Below, piece after piece: positions 51,501 through 64,000 of a DNA stretch of 64,000 bases (the stretch's first letter is position 1; the number at the start of each line of letters is the position of its first letter). The translations under genes and the position numbers were made by a program. The stretch spans positions 137,702,001-137,766,000 of the forward strand of contig OZ024742.1 in the NCBI GenBank assembly GCA_964016885.1. The letters are read 5' to 3'. This DNA comes from Eledone cirrhosa. Its lineage: Eukaryota. The notes under the pieces are model-generated. The model saw only the letters and a program-made list of their open reading frames with translations, made no database searches and was not told where the DNA came from.

Positions 51501-54500
51501 CACAGCCACCACCAAATAGTGAAAGACACCACTCACAGCAGCCAACAAAGAGTGAAAGACACTACTCACAGCAGCCAACAAAGAGTGAAATACACCACTC
51601 ACAGCAGCCAACAAAGAGTGAAAGACACCACCCACAGCAGCCGCCAAAGAGTGAAAGCCACCACTCACAGTAGCCGCCAAAGAGTGAAAGACACCACTCA
51701 CAGCAGCCAACAAAGAGTGAAAGACACCACTCACAGCAGCCGCCAAAGAGTGAAAGGCATCACTCACAGCAGCCGCCAAAGAGTGAAAGGCACCACTCAC
51801 AGCAGCCACCAAAGAGTGAAAGACACCACTCACAGCAGCCGCCAAAGAGTGAAAGGCACCACTCACAGCAGCCACCAAAGAGTGAAAGGCACCACTCACA
51901 GCAGCCACCAAAGAGGGAACGGCACAACTCACAGCAGCCGCCAAAGAGTGAATGCCACCACTCACAGTACCTACCAAAGAGTGAAAGGCACCACTCACAG
52001 GAGCCACCAAAGAGTGAAAGGTACCACTCACAGCAGCCGCCAAAGAGTGAAAGACACCACTCACAGCAGCCGCCGAAGAGTGAAAGAAACCACTCACAGC
52101 CACCACCAAAGAGTGAAAGACACTACTCACAGCAGCCGCCAAAGAGTGAAAGGCACCACTCACAGCAGCCGCCAAAGAGTGAAGGACACCACTCATAGCA
52201 GCCGCCAAGGAATGAAAGACACCACTCACAGCAGCCGCCAAAGAGTGGACGGCACCACACACAGTAGCCGCCAAAGAGTGAAAGACACTACTCACAGCAG
52301 CCGCTAAAGTGTGAAGGACACCACTCACAGCACATACCAAAGAGTGAAAGGCACCACTCACAGCAGCCACCAAAGAGTGAAAAACACCACTCACAGCAGC
52401 CGCCAAAGAGTGAAAGACACCACTCACAGCAGCCGCCAACGAGTGAAAGACACCACTCACAGCACCTACCAAAGAGTGAAAGGCACCACTCACAGCACCC
52501 AACAAAGAGTGAAAGACACCACTCACAGTAGCCGCCAAAGAGTGAAAGATACCACACACAGCAGCCGCCAAAGAGTGAAAGGCACCACTCACAGCAGACG
52601 CCAAAGAGTGAAACACACCACTCACAGCAGCCACCAAAGAGTGAACGTAACAACTCACAGCAGCCACCAAAGAGTGAAAGACACCACTCACACCAGCCGC
52701 CAAAGAGTGAAGGACACCACTCACATCAGCCGCCAAAGAGTGAAAGGCACCACTCGCAGCAGCCGCTAAAGTGTGATAGACACCACTCACAGCAGCCACC
52801 AAAGAGTGAAAGACACCACTCACAGCAGCCACCAAAGAGGGAACGGCACAACTCCCAGCAGCCGCCAAAGAGTGAATGCCACCACTCACAGTACCTACCA
52901 AAGAGTGAAAGGCACCACTCACAGGAGCCACCAAAGAGTGAAAGGCACCACTCACAGCAGCCGCCAAAGAGTGAAAGACACCACTCACAGCAGCCGCCGA
53001 AGAGTGAAAGAAACCACTCACAGCCACCACCAAAGAGTGAAAGACACTACTCACAGCAGCCGCCAAAGAGTGAAAGGCACCACTCACAGCAGCCGCCAAG
53101 GAGTGAAAGACACCACTCACAGCAGCCGCTAAAGTGTGAAGGACATCACTCACAGCACATACCAAAGAGTGAAAGGCACCACTCACAGCAGCCACCAAAG
53201 AGTGAAAGACACCACTCACAGCAGCCGCCAAAGAGTGAAAAACACCACTCACAGCAGCCGCCAAAGAGTGAAAGACACCACTCACAGCAGCCGCCAACGA
53301 GTGAAAGACACCACTCACAGCACCTACCAAAGAGTGAAAGGCACCACTCACAGCACCCAACAAAGAGTGAAATACACCACTCACAGTAGCCGCCAAAGAG
53401 TGAAAGATACCACACACAGCAGCCGCCAAAGAGTAAAAAACACCACTCACAGCAGCCACCAAAGAGTGAAAGACACCACTCACAGCAGCCGCCAAAGAGT
53501 GAAAGATACCACACACAGCAGCCGCCAAAGAGTGAAAGACACCACTCACAGCAGCCGCCAAAGAGTGAAAGACACCACTCACAGCAGCTATCAAAGAGTA
53601 AAAGGCACCACTCACTGCAGCCGCCAAAGTGTGAAAGACACCACTCACAGCAGCCGCCAAGGAGTGTAAGACATCACTCACAACAGCCGTCAAATAGTGA
53701 AAAACATCACTCACAGCCACCACCAAATAGTGAAAGACACCACTCACAGCAGCCAACAAAGAGTGAAAGACACTACTCACAGCAGCCAACAAAGAGTGAA
53801 ATACACCACTCACAGCAGCCAACAAAGAGTGAAAGACACCACCCACAGCAGCCGCCAAAGAGTGAAAGCCACCACTCACAGTAGCCGCCAAAGAGTGAAA
53901 GACACCACTCACAGCAGCCAACAAAGAGTGAAAGACACCACTCACAGCAGCCGCCAAAGAGTGAAAGGCATCACTCACAGCAGCCGCCAAAGAGTGAAAG
54001 GCACCACTCACAGCAGCCACCAAAGAGTGAAAGACACCACTCACAGCAGCCGCCAAAGAGTGAAAGGCACCACTCACAGCAGCCACCAAAGAGTGAAAGG
54101 CACCACTCACAGCAGCCACCAAAGAGGGAACGGCACAACTCACAGCAGCCGCCAAAGAGTGAATGCCACCACTCACAGTACCTACCAAAGAGTGAAAGGC
54201 ACCACTCACAGGAGCCACCAAAGAGTGAAAGGTACCACTCACAGCAGCCGCCAAAGAGTGAAAGACACCACTCACAGCAGCCGCCGAAGAGTGAAAGAAA
54301 CCACTCACAGCCACCACCAAAGAGTGAAAGACACTACTCACAGCAGCCGCCAAAGAGTGAAAGGCACCACTCACAGCAGCCGCCAAAGAGTGAAGGACAC
54401 CACTCATAGCAGCCGCCAAGGAATGAAAGACACCACTCACAGCAGCCGCCAAAGAGTGGACGGCACCACACACAGTAGCCGCCAAAGAGTGAAAGACACT

Positions 54501-56250
54501 ACTCACAGCAGCCGCTAAAGTGTGAAGGACACCACTCACAGCACATACCAAAGAGTGAAAGGCACCACTCACAGCAGCCACCAAAGAGTGAAAAACACCA
54601 CTCACAGCAGCCGCCAAAGAGTGAAAGACACCACTCACAGCAGCCGCCAACGAGTGAAAGACACCACTCACAGCACCTACCAAAGAGTGAAAGGCACCAC
54701 TCACAGCACCCAACAAAGAGTGAAAGACACCACTCACAGTAGCCGCCAAAGAGTGAAAGATACCACACACAGCAGCCGCCAAAGAGCGAAAGGCATCACT
54801 CACAGCAGCCGTCAAAGAGTGAAAGACACCACTCTCAGACACGACAAAAGAGTGAAAAGCACCTCTCACAGCAGCCGCCAAAGAGTGAAAAGCACCACTC
54901 AAAGCAGCCACCAAAAAGTGAAGGACACCACTCACAGCAGCCACCAAAGAGGGAACGGCACAACTCACAGCAGCCGCCAAAGAGTGAATGCCACCACTCA
55001 CAGTACCTACCAAAGAGTGAAAGGCACCACTCACAGGAGCCACCAAAGAGTGAAAGGCACCACTCACAGCAGCCGCCAAAGAGTGAAAGACACCACTCAC
55101 AGCAGCCGCCGAAGAGTGAAAGAAACCACTCACAGCCACCACCAAAGAGTGAAAGACACTACTCACAGCAGCCGCCAAAGAGTGAAAGGCACCACTCACA
55201 GCAGCCGCCAAACAGTGAAAGACACCACTCATAGCAGCCGCCAAGAAGTGAAAGACACTACTCACAGCAGCCGCTAAAGTGTGAAGGACACCACTCACAG
55301 CAGCCGCCAAAGAGTGAAAGGCACCACTCACAGCACATACCAAAGAGTGAAAGGCACCACTCACAGCAGCCACCAAAGAGTGAAAAACAACACTCACAGC
55401 AGCCGCCAAAGAGTGAAAGACACCACTCACAGCAGCCGCCAACGAGTGAAAGACACCACTCACAGCACCTACCAAAGAGTGAAAGGCACCACTCACAGCA
55501 CCCAACAAAGAGTGAAAAACACCATTCACAGTAGCCGCCAAAGAGTGAATCACATCACTCACAGCAGCCGCCAAAGAGTAAAAAACACCACTCACAGCAG
55601 CCACCAAAGAGTGCAAGACACCACTCACAGCAGCCGCCAAGGAGTGCAAGACATCCCTCACAACAGCCGTCAAAGAGTGAAAAACATCACTCACAGCCAC
55701 CACCAAAGAGTGAAAAGCACCACTCACAGCAGCTGCCAAAAAGTGAAAGATACCACACACAGCAGCTATCAAAGAGTGAAAGGCACCACTCACTGCAGCC
55801 GCCAAAGTGTGAAAGACACCACTCACAGCAGCCGCTAGAGAGTGAAAAACACCACTCACAGCAGCCACCAAAGATTGAAAGACACCACTCACAGCAGCCG
55901 CCAAGGAGTGTAAGACATCACTCACAACAGCCGTCAAAGAGTGAAAAACATCACTCACAGCCACCACCAAATAGTGAAATACACCACTCACAGCAGCCGC
56001 CAAAGAGTGAAAGACACTACTCACAGCAGCTACCAAAGAGTGAAACACACCACTCACACCAGCCGCCAAAGAGTGCAAGACATCACTCACAGCAGCCAAC
56101 AAAGAGTGAAAGACACTACTCACAGCAGCCACCAGAGAGTGAAAGGCACTACTCACAGCAGCCGCCAAAGAGTGAAAGGCACCACTCACAGCAGCCGCCA
56201 AAGAGTGAAAGACACCACTCACAGCAGCCGCCAAAGAGTGAAAGGCATCA
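45600..56250. repeat. Nested higher-order repeats with 2211-bp and 4884-bp periods
   Basis: Matching translated blocks recur at +2211 (45678/47889, 46041/48252, 46602/48813) and +4884 (47889/52773, 48813/53697, 49638/54522, 50397/55281), i.e. 67 and 148 monomers. Confidence 0.92.
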
Positions 56251-59200
56251 CTCACAGCAGCCGTCAAAGAGTGAAAGACACCGCTCTCAGACACGACAAA
56301 AGAGTGAAAAGCACCACTCACAGCAGCCGCCAAAGAGTGAAAGGCACCACTCACAGCAGACGCCAAAGAGTGAAGGACACCACTCACAGCAGCCGCCAAA
56401 GAGTGAAAGGCACCACTCGCAGCAGCCGCTAAAGTGTGATAGACACCACTCACAGCAGCCGCCAAAGAGTGAAAGGCACCACTCACAGCAGCCACCAAAG
56501 AGTGAAAGACACCACTCACAGCAGCCGCCAAAGAGTGAAAGGCACCACTCACAGCAGCCACCAAAGAGTGAAAGGCACCACTCACAGCAGCCACCAAAGA
56601 GGGAACGGCACAACTCACAGCAGCCGCCAAAGAGTGAATGCCACCACTCACAGTACCTACCAAAGAGTGAAAGGCACCACTCACAGGAGCCACCAAAGAG
56701 TGAAAGGTACCACTCACAGCAGCCGCCAAAGAGTGAAAGACACCACTCACAGCAGCCGCCGAAGAGTGAAAGAAACCACTCACAGCCACCACCAAAGAGT
56801 GAAAGACACTACTCACAGCAGCCGCCAAAGAGTGAAAGGCACCACTCACAGCAGCCGCCAAAGAGTGAAGGACACCACTCATAGCAGCCGCCAAGGAATG
56901 AAAGACACCACTCACAGCAGCCGCCAAAGAGTGGACGGCACCACACACAGTAGCCGCCAAAGAGTGAAAGACACTACTCACAGCAGCCGCTAAAGTGTGA
57001 AGGACACCACTCACAGCACATACCAAAGAGTGAAAGGCACCACTCACAGCAGCCACCAAAGAGTGAAAAACACCACTCACAGCAGCCGCCAAAGAGTGAA
57101 AGACACCACTCACAGCAGCCGCCAACGAGTGAAAGACACCACTCACAGCACCTACCAAAGAGTGAAAGGCACCACTCACAGCAGCCGCTAAAGTGTGAAG
57201 GACACCACTCACAGCACCTACCAAAGAGTGAAAAACACCACTCACAGCAGCCGCCAAAGAGTGAAAGACACCACTCACAGCAGCCGCCAAAGAGTGAAAG
57301 ACACCACTCACAGCAGCCGCCAAAGAGTGAAAGGCATCACTCACAGCAGCCGTCAAAGAGTGAAAGACACCGCTCTCAGACACGACAAAAGAGTGAAAAG
57401 CACCACTCACAGCAGCCGCCAAAGAGTGAAAGGCACCACTCACAGCAGACGCCAAAGAGTGAAGGACACCACTCACAGCAGCCGCCAAAGAGTGAAAGGC
57501 ACCACTCGCAGCAGCCGCTAAAGTGTGATAGACACCACTCACAGCAGCCGCCAAAGAGTGAAGGACACCACTCACAGCAGCCGCCAAAGAGTGAAAGGCA
57601 CCACTCACAGCAGACGCCAAAGAGTGAAACACACCACTCACAGCAGCCACCAAAGAGTGAAAGACACCACTCACAGCAGCCGCCGAAGAGTGAAAGAAAC
57701 CACTCACAGCCACACCAAAGAGTGAAAGACACTACTCACAGCAGCCGCCAAAGAGTGAAAGGCACCACTCACAGCAGGCGCCAAAGAGTGAAAGACACCA
57801 CTCACAGCAGCCGCCAACGAGTGAAAGACACCACTCACAGCACCTACCAAAGAGTGAAAGGCACCACTCACAGCAGCCGCCAAAGAGTGAATCACATCAC
57901 TCACAGCAGCCGCCAAAGAGTAAAAAACACCACTCACAGCAGCCACCAAAGAGTGAAAGACACAACTCACAGCAGCCGCCAAGGAGTGCAAGACATCCGT
58001 CACAACAGCCGTCAAAGAGTGAAAAACATCACTCACAGCCACCACCAAAGAGTGAAAAGCACCACTCACCGCAGCTGCCAAAAAGTGAAAGATACCACAC
58101 ACAGCAGCTATCAAAGAGTGAAAGGCACCACTCATTGCAGCCGCCAAAGTGTGAAAGACACCACTCACAGCAGCCGCTAGAGAGTGAAAAACACCACTCA
58201 CAGCAGCCACCAAAGAGTGAAAGACACCACTCACAGCAGCCGACAAGGAGTGTAAGACATCACTCACAACAGCCGTCAAAGAGTGAAAAACATCACTCAC
58301 AGCCACCACCAAATAGTGAAATACACCACTCACAGCAGCCGCCAAAGAGTGAAAGACACCACTCACAGCAGCCGCCAAAGACTGAATAACACTACTCGTT
58401 GCAGCCGCCAAAGAGTGAAAGACACGACTTACAGCAGCCAACAAAGAGTGAAAGACACTACTCACAGCAGCCACCAAAGAGTGAAAGGCACTACTCACAG
58501 CAGCCGCCAAAGAGTGAAAGGCACCACTCACAGCATCCGCCAGAGAGTGAAAGACACCACTCAGAGCAGCCGCCAAAGTGTGAAAGACACCATTCACAGC
58601 AGCCGCCAAGGAGTGCAAGACACCACTCACAACGGCCGTCAAAGAGTGAAAAACATCACTCACAGCCACCACCAAAGAGTGAAAAGCACCACTCACAGCA
58701 GCTACCAAAGAGTGAAACACACCACTCACAGCAGCTACCAAAGAGTGAAACACACCACTCACAGCAGCCGCCAAATAGTGCAAGACATCACTCACAGCAG
58801 CCAACAAAGAGTGAAAGACACTACTCACAGCAGCCACCAAAGAGTGAAAGGCACTACTCACAGCAGCCGCCAAAGAGTGAAAGGCACCACTCACAGCAGC
58901 CGCCAAAGAGTGAAAGACACCACTCACAGCAGCCGCCAAAGAGTGAAAGGCATCACTCACAGCACCCGTCAAAGAGTGAAAGACACCACTCTCAGACACG
59001 ACAAAAGAGTGAAAAGCACCACTCACAGCAGCCGCCAAAGAGTGAAAGGCACCACTCACAGCAGACGCCAAAGAGTGAAACACACCACTCACAGCAGCCA
59101 CCAAAGAGTGAACGTAACAACTCACAGCAGCCACCAAAGAGTGAAAGACACCACTCACAGCAGCCGCCAAAGAGTGAAAGGCACCACTCGCAGCAGCCGC

Positions 59201-62200
59201 TAAAGTGTGATAGACACCACTCACAGCAGCCACCAAAGAGTGAAAGACACCACTCACAGCAGCCACCAAAGAGGGAACGGCACAACTCACAGCAGCCGCC
59301 AAAGAGTGAATGCCACCACTCACAGTACCTACCAAAGAGTGAAAGGCACCACTCACAGGAGCCACCAAAGAGTGAAAGGCACCACTCACAGCAGCCGCCA
59401 AAGAGTGAAAGACACCACTCACAGCAGCCGCCGAAGAGTGAAAGAAACCACTCACAGCCACCACCAAAGAGTGAAAGACACTACTCACAGCAGCCGCCAA
59501 AGAGTGAAAGGCACCACTCACAGCAGCCGCCAATGAGTGAAAGTCACCACTCACAGCAGCCGCTAAAGTGTGAAGGACATCACTCACAGCACATACCAAA
59601 GAGTGAAAGGCACCACTCACAGCAGCCACCAAAGAGTGAAAGACACCACTCACAGCAGCCGCCAAAGAGTGAAAAACACCACTCACAGCAGCCGCCAAAG
59701 AGTGAAAGACACCACTCACAGCAGCCGCCAACGAGTGAAAGACACCACTCACAGCACCTACCAAAGAATGAAAGGCACCACTCACAGCACCCAACAAAGA
59801 GTGAAATACACCACTCACAGTAGCCGCCAAAGAGTGAAAGATACCACACACAGCAGCCGCCAAAGAGTAAAAAACACCACTCACAGCAGCCACCAAAGAG
59901 TGAAAGACACCACTCACAGCAGCCGCCAAAGAGTGAAAGATACCACACACAGCAGCCGCCAAAGAGTGAAAGACACCACTCACAGCAGCCGCCAAAGAGT
60001 GAAAGACACCACTCACAGCAGCTATCAAAGAGTGAAAGGCACCACTCACTGCAGCCGCCAAAGTGTGAAAGACACCAATCACAGCAGCCACCAAGGAGTG
60101 TAAGACATCACTCACAACAGCCGTCAAATAGTGAAAAACATCACTCACAGCCACCACCAAATAGTGAAAAACACCACTCACAGCAGCCAACAAAGAGTGA
60201 AAGACACTACTCACAGCAGCCAACAAAGAGTGAAATACACCACTCACAGCAGCCAACAAAGAGTGAAAGACACCACCCACAGCAGCCGCCAAAGAGTGAA
60301 AGCCACCACTCACAGTAGCCGCCAAAGAGTGAAAGACACCACTCACAGCAGCCAACAAAGAGTGAAAGACACCACTCACAGCAGCCGCCAAAGAGTGAAA
60401 GGCATCACTCACAGCAGCCGCCAAAGAGTGAAAGGCACCACTCACAGCAGCCACCAAAGAGTGAAAGACACCACTCACAGCAGCCGCCAAAGAGTGAAAG
60501 GCACCACTCACAGCAGCCACCAAAGAGTGAAAGGCACCACTCACAGCAGCCACCAAAGAGGGAACGGCACAACTCACAGCAGCCGCCAAAGAGTGAATCA
60601 CACCACTCACAGTACCTACCAAAGAGTGAAAGGCACCACTCACAGGAGCCACCATAGAGTGAAAGGTACCACTCACAGCAGCCGCCAAAGAGTGAAAGAC
60701 ACCACTCACAGCAGCCGCCGAAGAGTGAAAGAAACCACTCACAGCCACCACCAAAGAGTGAAAGACACTACTCACCGCAGCCGCCAAAGAGTGAAAGGCA
60801 CCACTCACAGCAGCCGCCAAAGAGTGAAGGACACCACTCATAGCAGCCGCCAAGGAATGAAAGACACCACTCACAGCAGCCGCCAAAGAGTGAACGGCAC
60901 CACTCACAGTAGCCGCCAAAGAGTGAAAGACACTACTCACAGCAGCCGCTAAAGTGTGAAGGACACCACTCACAGCACTTACCAAAGAGTGAAAGGCACC
61001 ACTCACAACAGCCACCAAAGAGTGAAAAACACCACTCACAGCAGCCGCCAAAGAGTGAAAGACACCACTCACAGCAGCCGCCAACGAGTGAAAGACACCA
61101 CTCACAGCACCTACCAAAGAGTGAAAGGCACCACTCACAGCACCCAACAAAGAGTGAAAGACACCACTCACAGTAGCCGCCAAAGAGTGAAAGATATCAC
61201 ACACAGCAGCCGCCAAAGAGTGAATCACATCACTCACAGCAGCCGCCAAAGAGTAAAAAACACCACTCACAGCAGCCACCAAAGAGTGAAAGACACCACT
61301 CACAGCAGCCGCTAAAGAGTGAAAGATACCACACACAGCAGCCGCCAAAGAGTGAAAGACACCACTCACAGCAGCTATCAAAGAGTGAAAGGCACCACTC
61401 ACTGCAGCCGCCAAAGTGTGAAAGACACCACTCACAGCAGCCGCTAAAGAGTGAAAAACACCACTCACAGCAGCCACCAAAGAGTGAAAGACACCACTCA
61501 CAGCAGCCGCCAAGAAGTGTAAGACATCACTCACAACAGCCGTCAAAGAGTGAAAAACATCACTCACAGCCACCACCAAATAGTGAAAGACACCACTCAC
61601 AGCAGCCAACAAAGAGTGAAAGACACTACTCACAGCAGCCAACAAAGAGTGAAAGACACTACTCACAGCGGCCAACAAAGAGTGAAAGACACCACCCACA
61701 GCAGCCGCCAAAGAGTGAAAGCCACCACTCACAGCAGCCAACAAAGAGTGAAAGACACCACTCACAGTAGCCGCCAAAGAGTGAAAGACACCACTCACAG
61801 CAGCCAACAAAGAGTGAAAGACACCACTCACAGCAGCCACCAAATAGTGAAAGACACTACTCACAGCAGCCACCAAAGAGTGAAAGACACCACTCACAGC
61901 GACCACCAAAGAGTGAAAGCCACCACTCACAGTAGCCGCCAAAGAGTGAAAGGCACCACTCACAGCAGCCAACAAAGAGTGAAAGACACTACTCACAGCA
62001 GCCACCAAAGAGTGAAAGGCACTACTCACAGCAGCCGCCAAAGAGTGAAAGGCACCACTCACAGCAGCCGTCAAAGAGTGAAAGACACTACTCACAGTAG
62101 CCGCCAAAGAGTGAAAGGCACCACCCACAGCAGCCGCCAAACAGTGAAAGCCACCACTCAGTAGCCATCAAAGAGTGAAAGGCACCACCCACAGCAGCCG

Positions 62201-64000
62201 CCAAAGAGTGAAAGGCACCACTCACATCAGCCGCCAAAGAGTGAAAAACACCACCTACAGCAGCCACCAAATAATGAAAGACACCACTCACATCAGCCGC
62301 CAAAGTGTGAAAGACACCACTCACATCAGCCGCGAAAGTGTGAAAGACACCACTCACAGCACACGCCAAAGTGTGAAAAACCTCTCTCACAGCCACCACC
62401 AAAGAGTGAAAGACACTACTCACTGCAGACGCCAAAGAATGAAAGACAATACTCCCTGCGGACGCCAAAGAGTGAAAGACACTACTCACTGCAGCCGGCA
62501 AAGTGTGAAAGACACTACTCACAGCCCCTACGAAACGGTGAAAGTCACCACTCACAGTGGCCGCCAAGGAGTGAGGAACACCTCACACAGCAGCCGCCAA
62601 AGAGTGAGAGGCACCACTCACAGCAGCCGCCAAACAGTGAAATACGTCACTCACAAGAGCCGTCAAAGAGTGAAAGACACCACTCACAGCAGCCGCCAAC
62701 GAGTGAAAGACACCACTCACAGCAGCCACCAAGGAGTGAAAAGCACAACTCACAGTAGCCGCCAAAAAGTGAAAGACACCACTCACAGCAGCCACCAAGG
62801 TGTGAAAGACACCACTCACAGCAGCCACCAAAGAGTGAAACACACCACTCACAGCAGCCACCAAAGAGTGAAACACACCACTTACAGCAGCCACCAAAGA
62901 GTGAACGGCACAACTCACAGCAGCCGCCAAAGAGTGAAAGACACTACTCACAGCATCCGCCAAAGTGTGAAAGACACTACTCACAGCATCCGCCAAAGAG
63001 TGAAAGACACCACTCACAGCAGCTATCAAAGAGTGAAAGGCACCACTCACTGCAGCCGCCAAAGTGTGAAAGACACCAATCACAGCAGCCGCCAAGGAGT
63101 GTAAGACATCACTCACAACAGCCGTCAAATAGTGAAAAACATCACTCACAGCCACCACCAAATAGTGAAAAACACCACTCACAGCAGCCAACAAAGAGTG
63201 AAAGACACTACTCACAGCAGCCAACAAAGAGTGAAATACACCACTCACAGCAGCCAACAAAGAGTGAAAGACACCACCCACAGCAGCCGCCAAAGAGTGA
63301 AAGCCACCACTCACAGTAGCCGCCAAAGAGTGAAAGACACCACTCACAGCAGCCAACAAAGAGTGAAAGACACCACTCACAGCAGCCGCCAAAGAGTGAA
63401 AGGCATCACTCACAGCAGCCGCCAAAGAGTGAAAGGCACCACTCACAGCAGCCACCAAAGAGTGAAAGACACCACTCACAGCAGCCGCCAAAGAGTGAAA
63501 GGCACCACTCACAGCAGCCACCAAAGAGTGAAAGGCACCACTCACAGCAGCCACCAAAGAGGGAACGGCACAACTCACAGCAGCCGCCAAAGAGTGAATG
63601 CCACCACTCACAGTACCTACCAAAGAGTGAAAGGCACCACTCACAGGAGCCACCAAAGAGTGAAAGGTACCACTCACAGCAGCCGCCAAAGAGTGAAAGA
63701 CACCACTCACAGCAGCCGCCGAAGAGTGAAAGAAACCACTCACAGCCACCACCAAAGAGTGAAAGACACTACTCACAGCAGCCGCCAAAGAGTGAAAGGC
63801 ACCACTCACAGCAGCCGCCAAAGAGTGAAGGACACCACTCATAGCAGCCGCCAAGGAATGAAAGACACCACTCACAGCAGCCGCCAAAGAGTGAACGGCA
63901 CCACTCACAGTAGCCGCCAAAGAGTGAAAGACACTACTCACAGCAGCCGCTAAAGTGTGAAGGACACCACTCACAGCAGCCGCCAACGAGTGAAAGACAC

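Larger units (their letters stand above)
12974..64000. repeat. 33-bp tandem satellite array, about 1,540 monomers, open at the right window edge
   Basis: Continuous head-to-tail copies of AAAGAGTGAAAGACACCACTCACAGCAGCCGCC (13 A, 11 C, 7 G, 2 T; 55% GC), mostly with 0-4 substitutions per unit. All copies face the same way and no foreign insertion was seen. Confidence 0.99.

Noticed and set aside
13113-63953. Plus-strand ORFs (RVKDTTHSSRQ)n and (SERHHSQQPPK)n, and minus-strand (CCEWCLSLFGG)n
   Set aside because: These are translations of a 33-bp unit. They are repeatedly broken by CAA>TAA and other stops, mostly start at GTG/TTG, and have no unique domains.
12974-64000. CRISPR array (33-bp periodicity, hairpin, GAAA motif)
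   Set aside because: There are no unique spacers: the whole 33 bp is repeated. There are no cas genes and the context is eukaryotic.

Overview
Repeat-rich animal (invertebrate-type) genomic DNA with no recognisable host gene. Bases 1-12973 are AT-rich. They hold microsatellites, decayed retroelements (an RTE-type LINE RT/C-terminal fragment, a Penelope-like GIY-YIG endonuclease, an RTE-type AP-endonuclease, a probable tRNA-derived SINE, a possible LTR) and at least four long fold-back palindromes sitting against (TA)n tracts. One palindrome carries two inverted copies of a minimal hammerhead-ribozyme-like motif with a compensatory U3-A8 core. From 12974 to the window end (about 51 kb, about 1,540 units) lies one head-to-tail 33-bp satellite (consensus AAAGAGTGAAAGACACCACTCACAGCAGCCGCC). 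It has nested higher-order duplications (1253, 2211, 3759, 4884 and 13562 bp) and two variant-defined sub-domains. The array starts abruptly inside the LINE remnant, and its monomer reads like the LINE helix expected at that point, suggesting a satellite born from a LINE. The very long ORFs in the array (up to 4523 aa) are most simply a by-product of the 33-bp unit. All assignments come from reading and hand-translating the sequence; no database searches were run.
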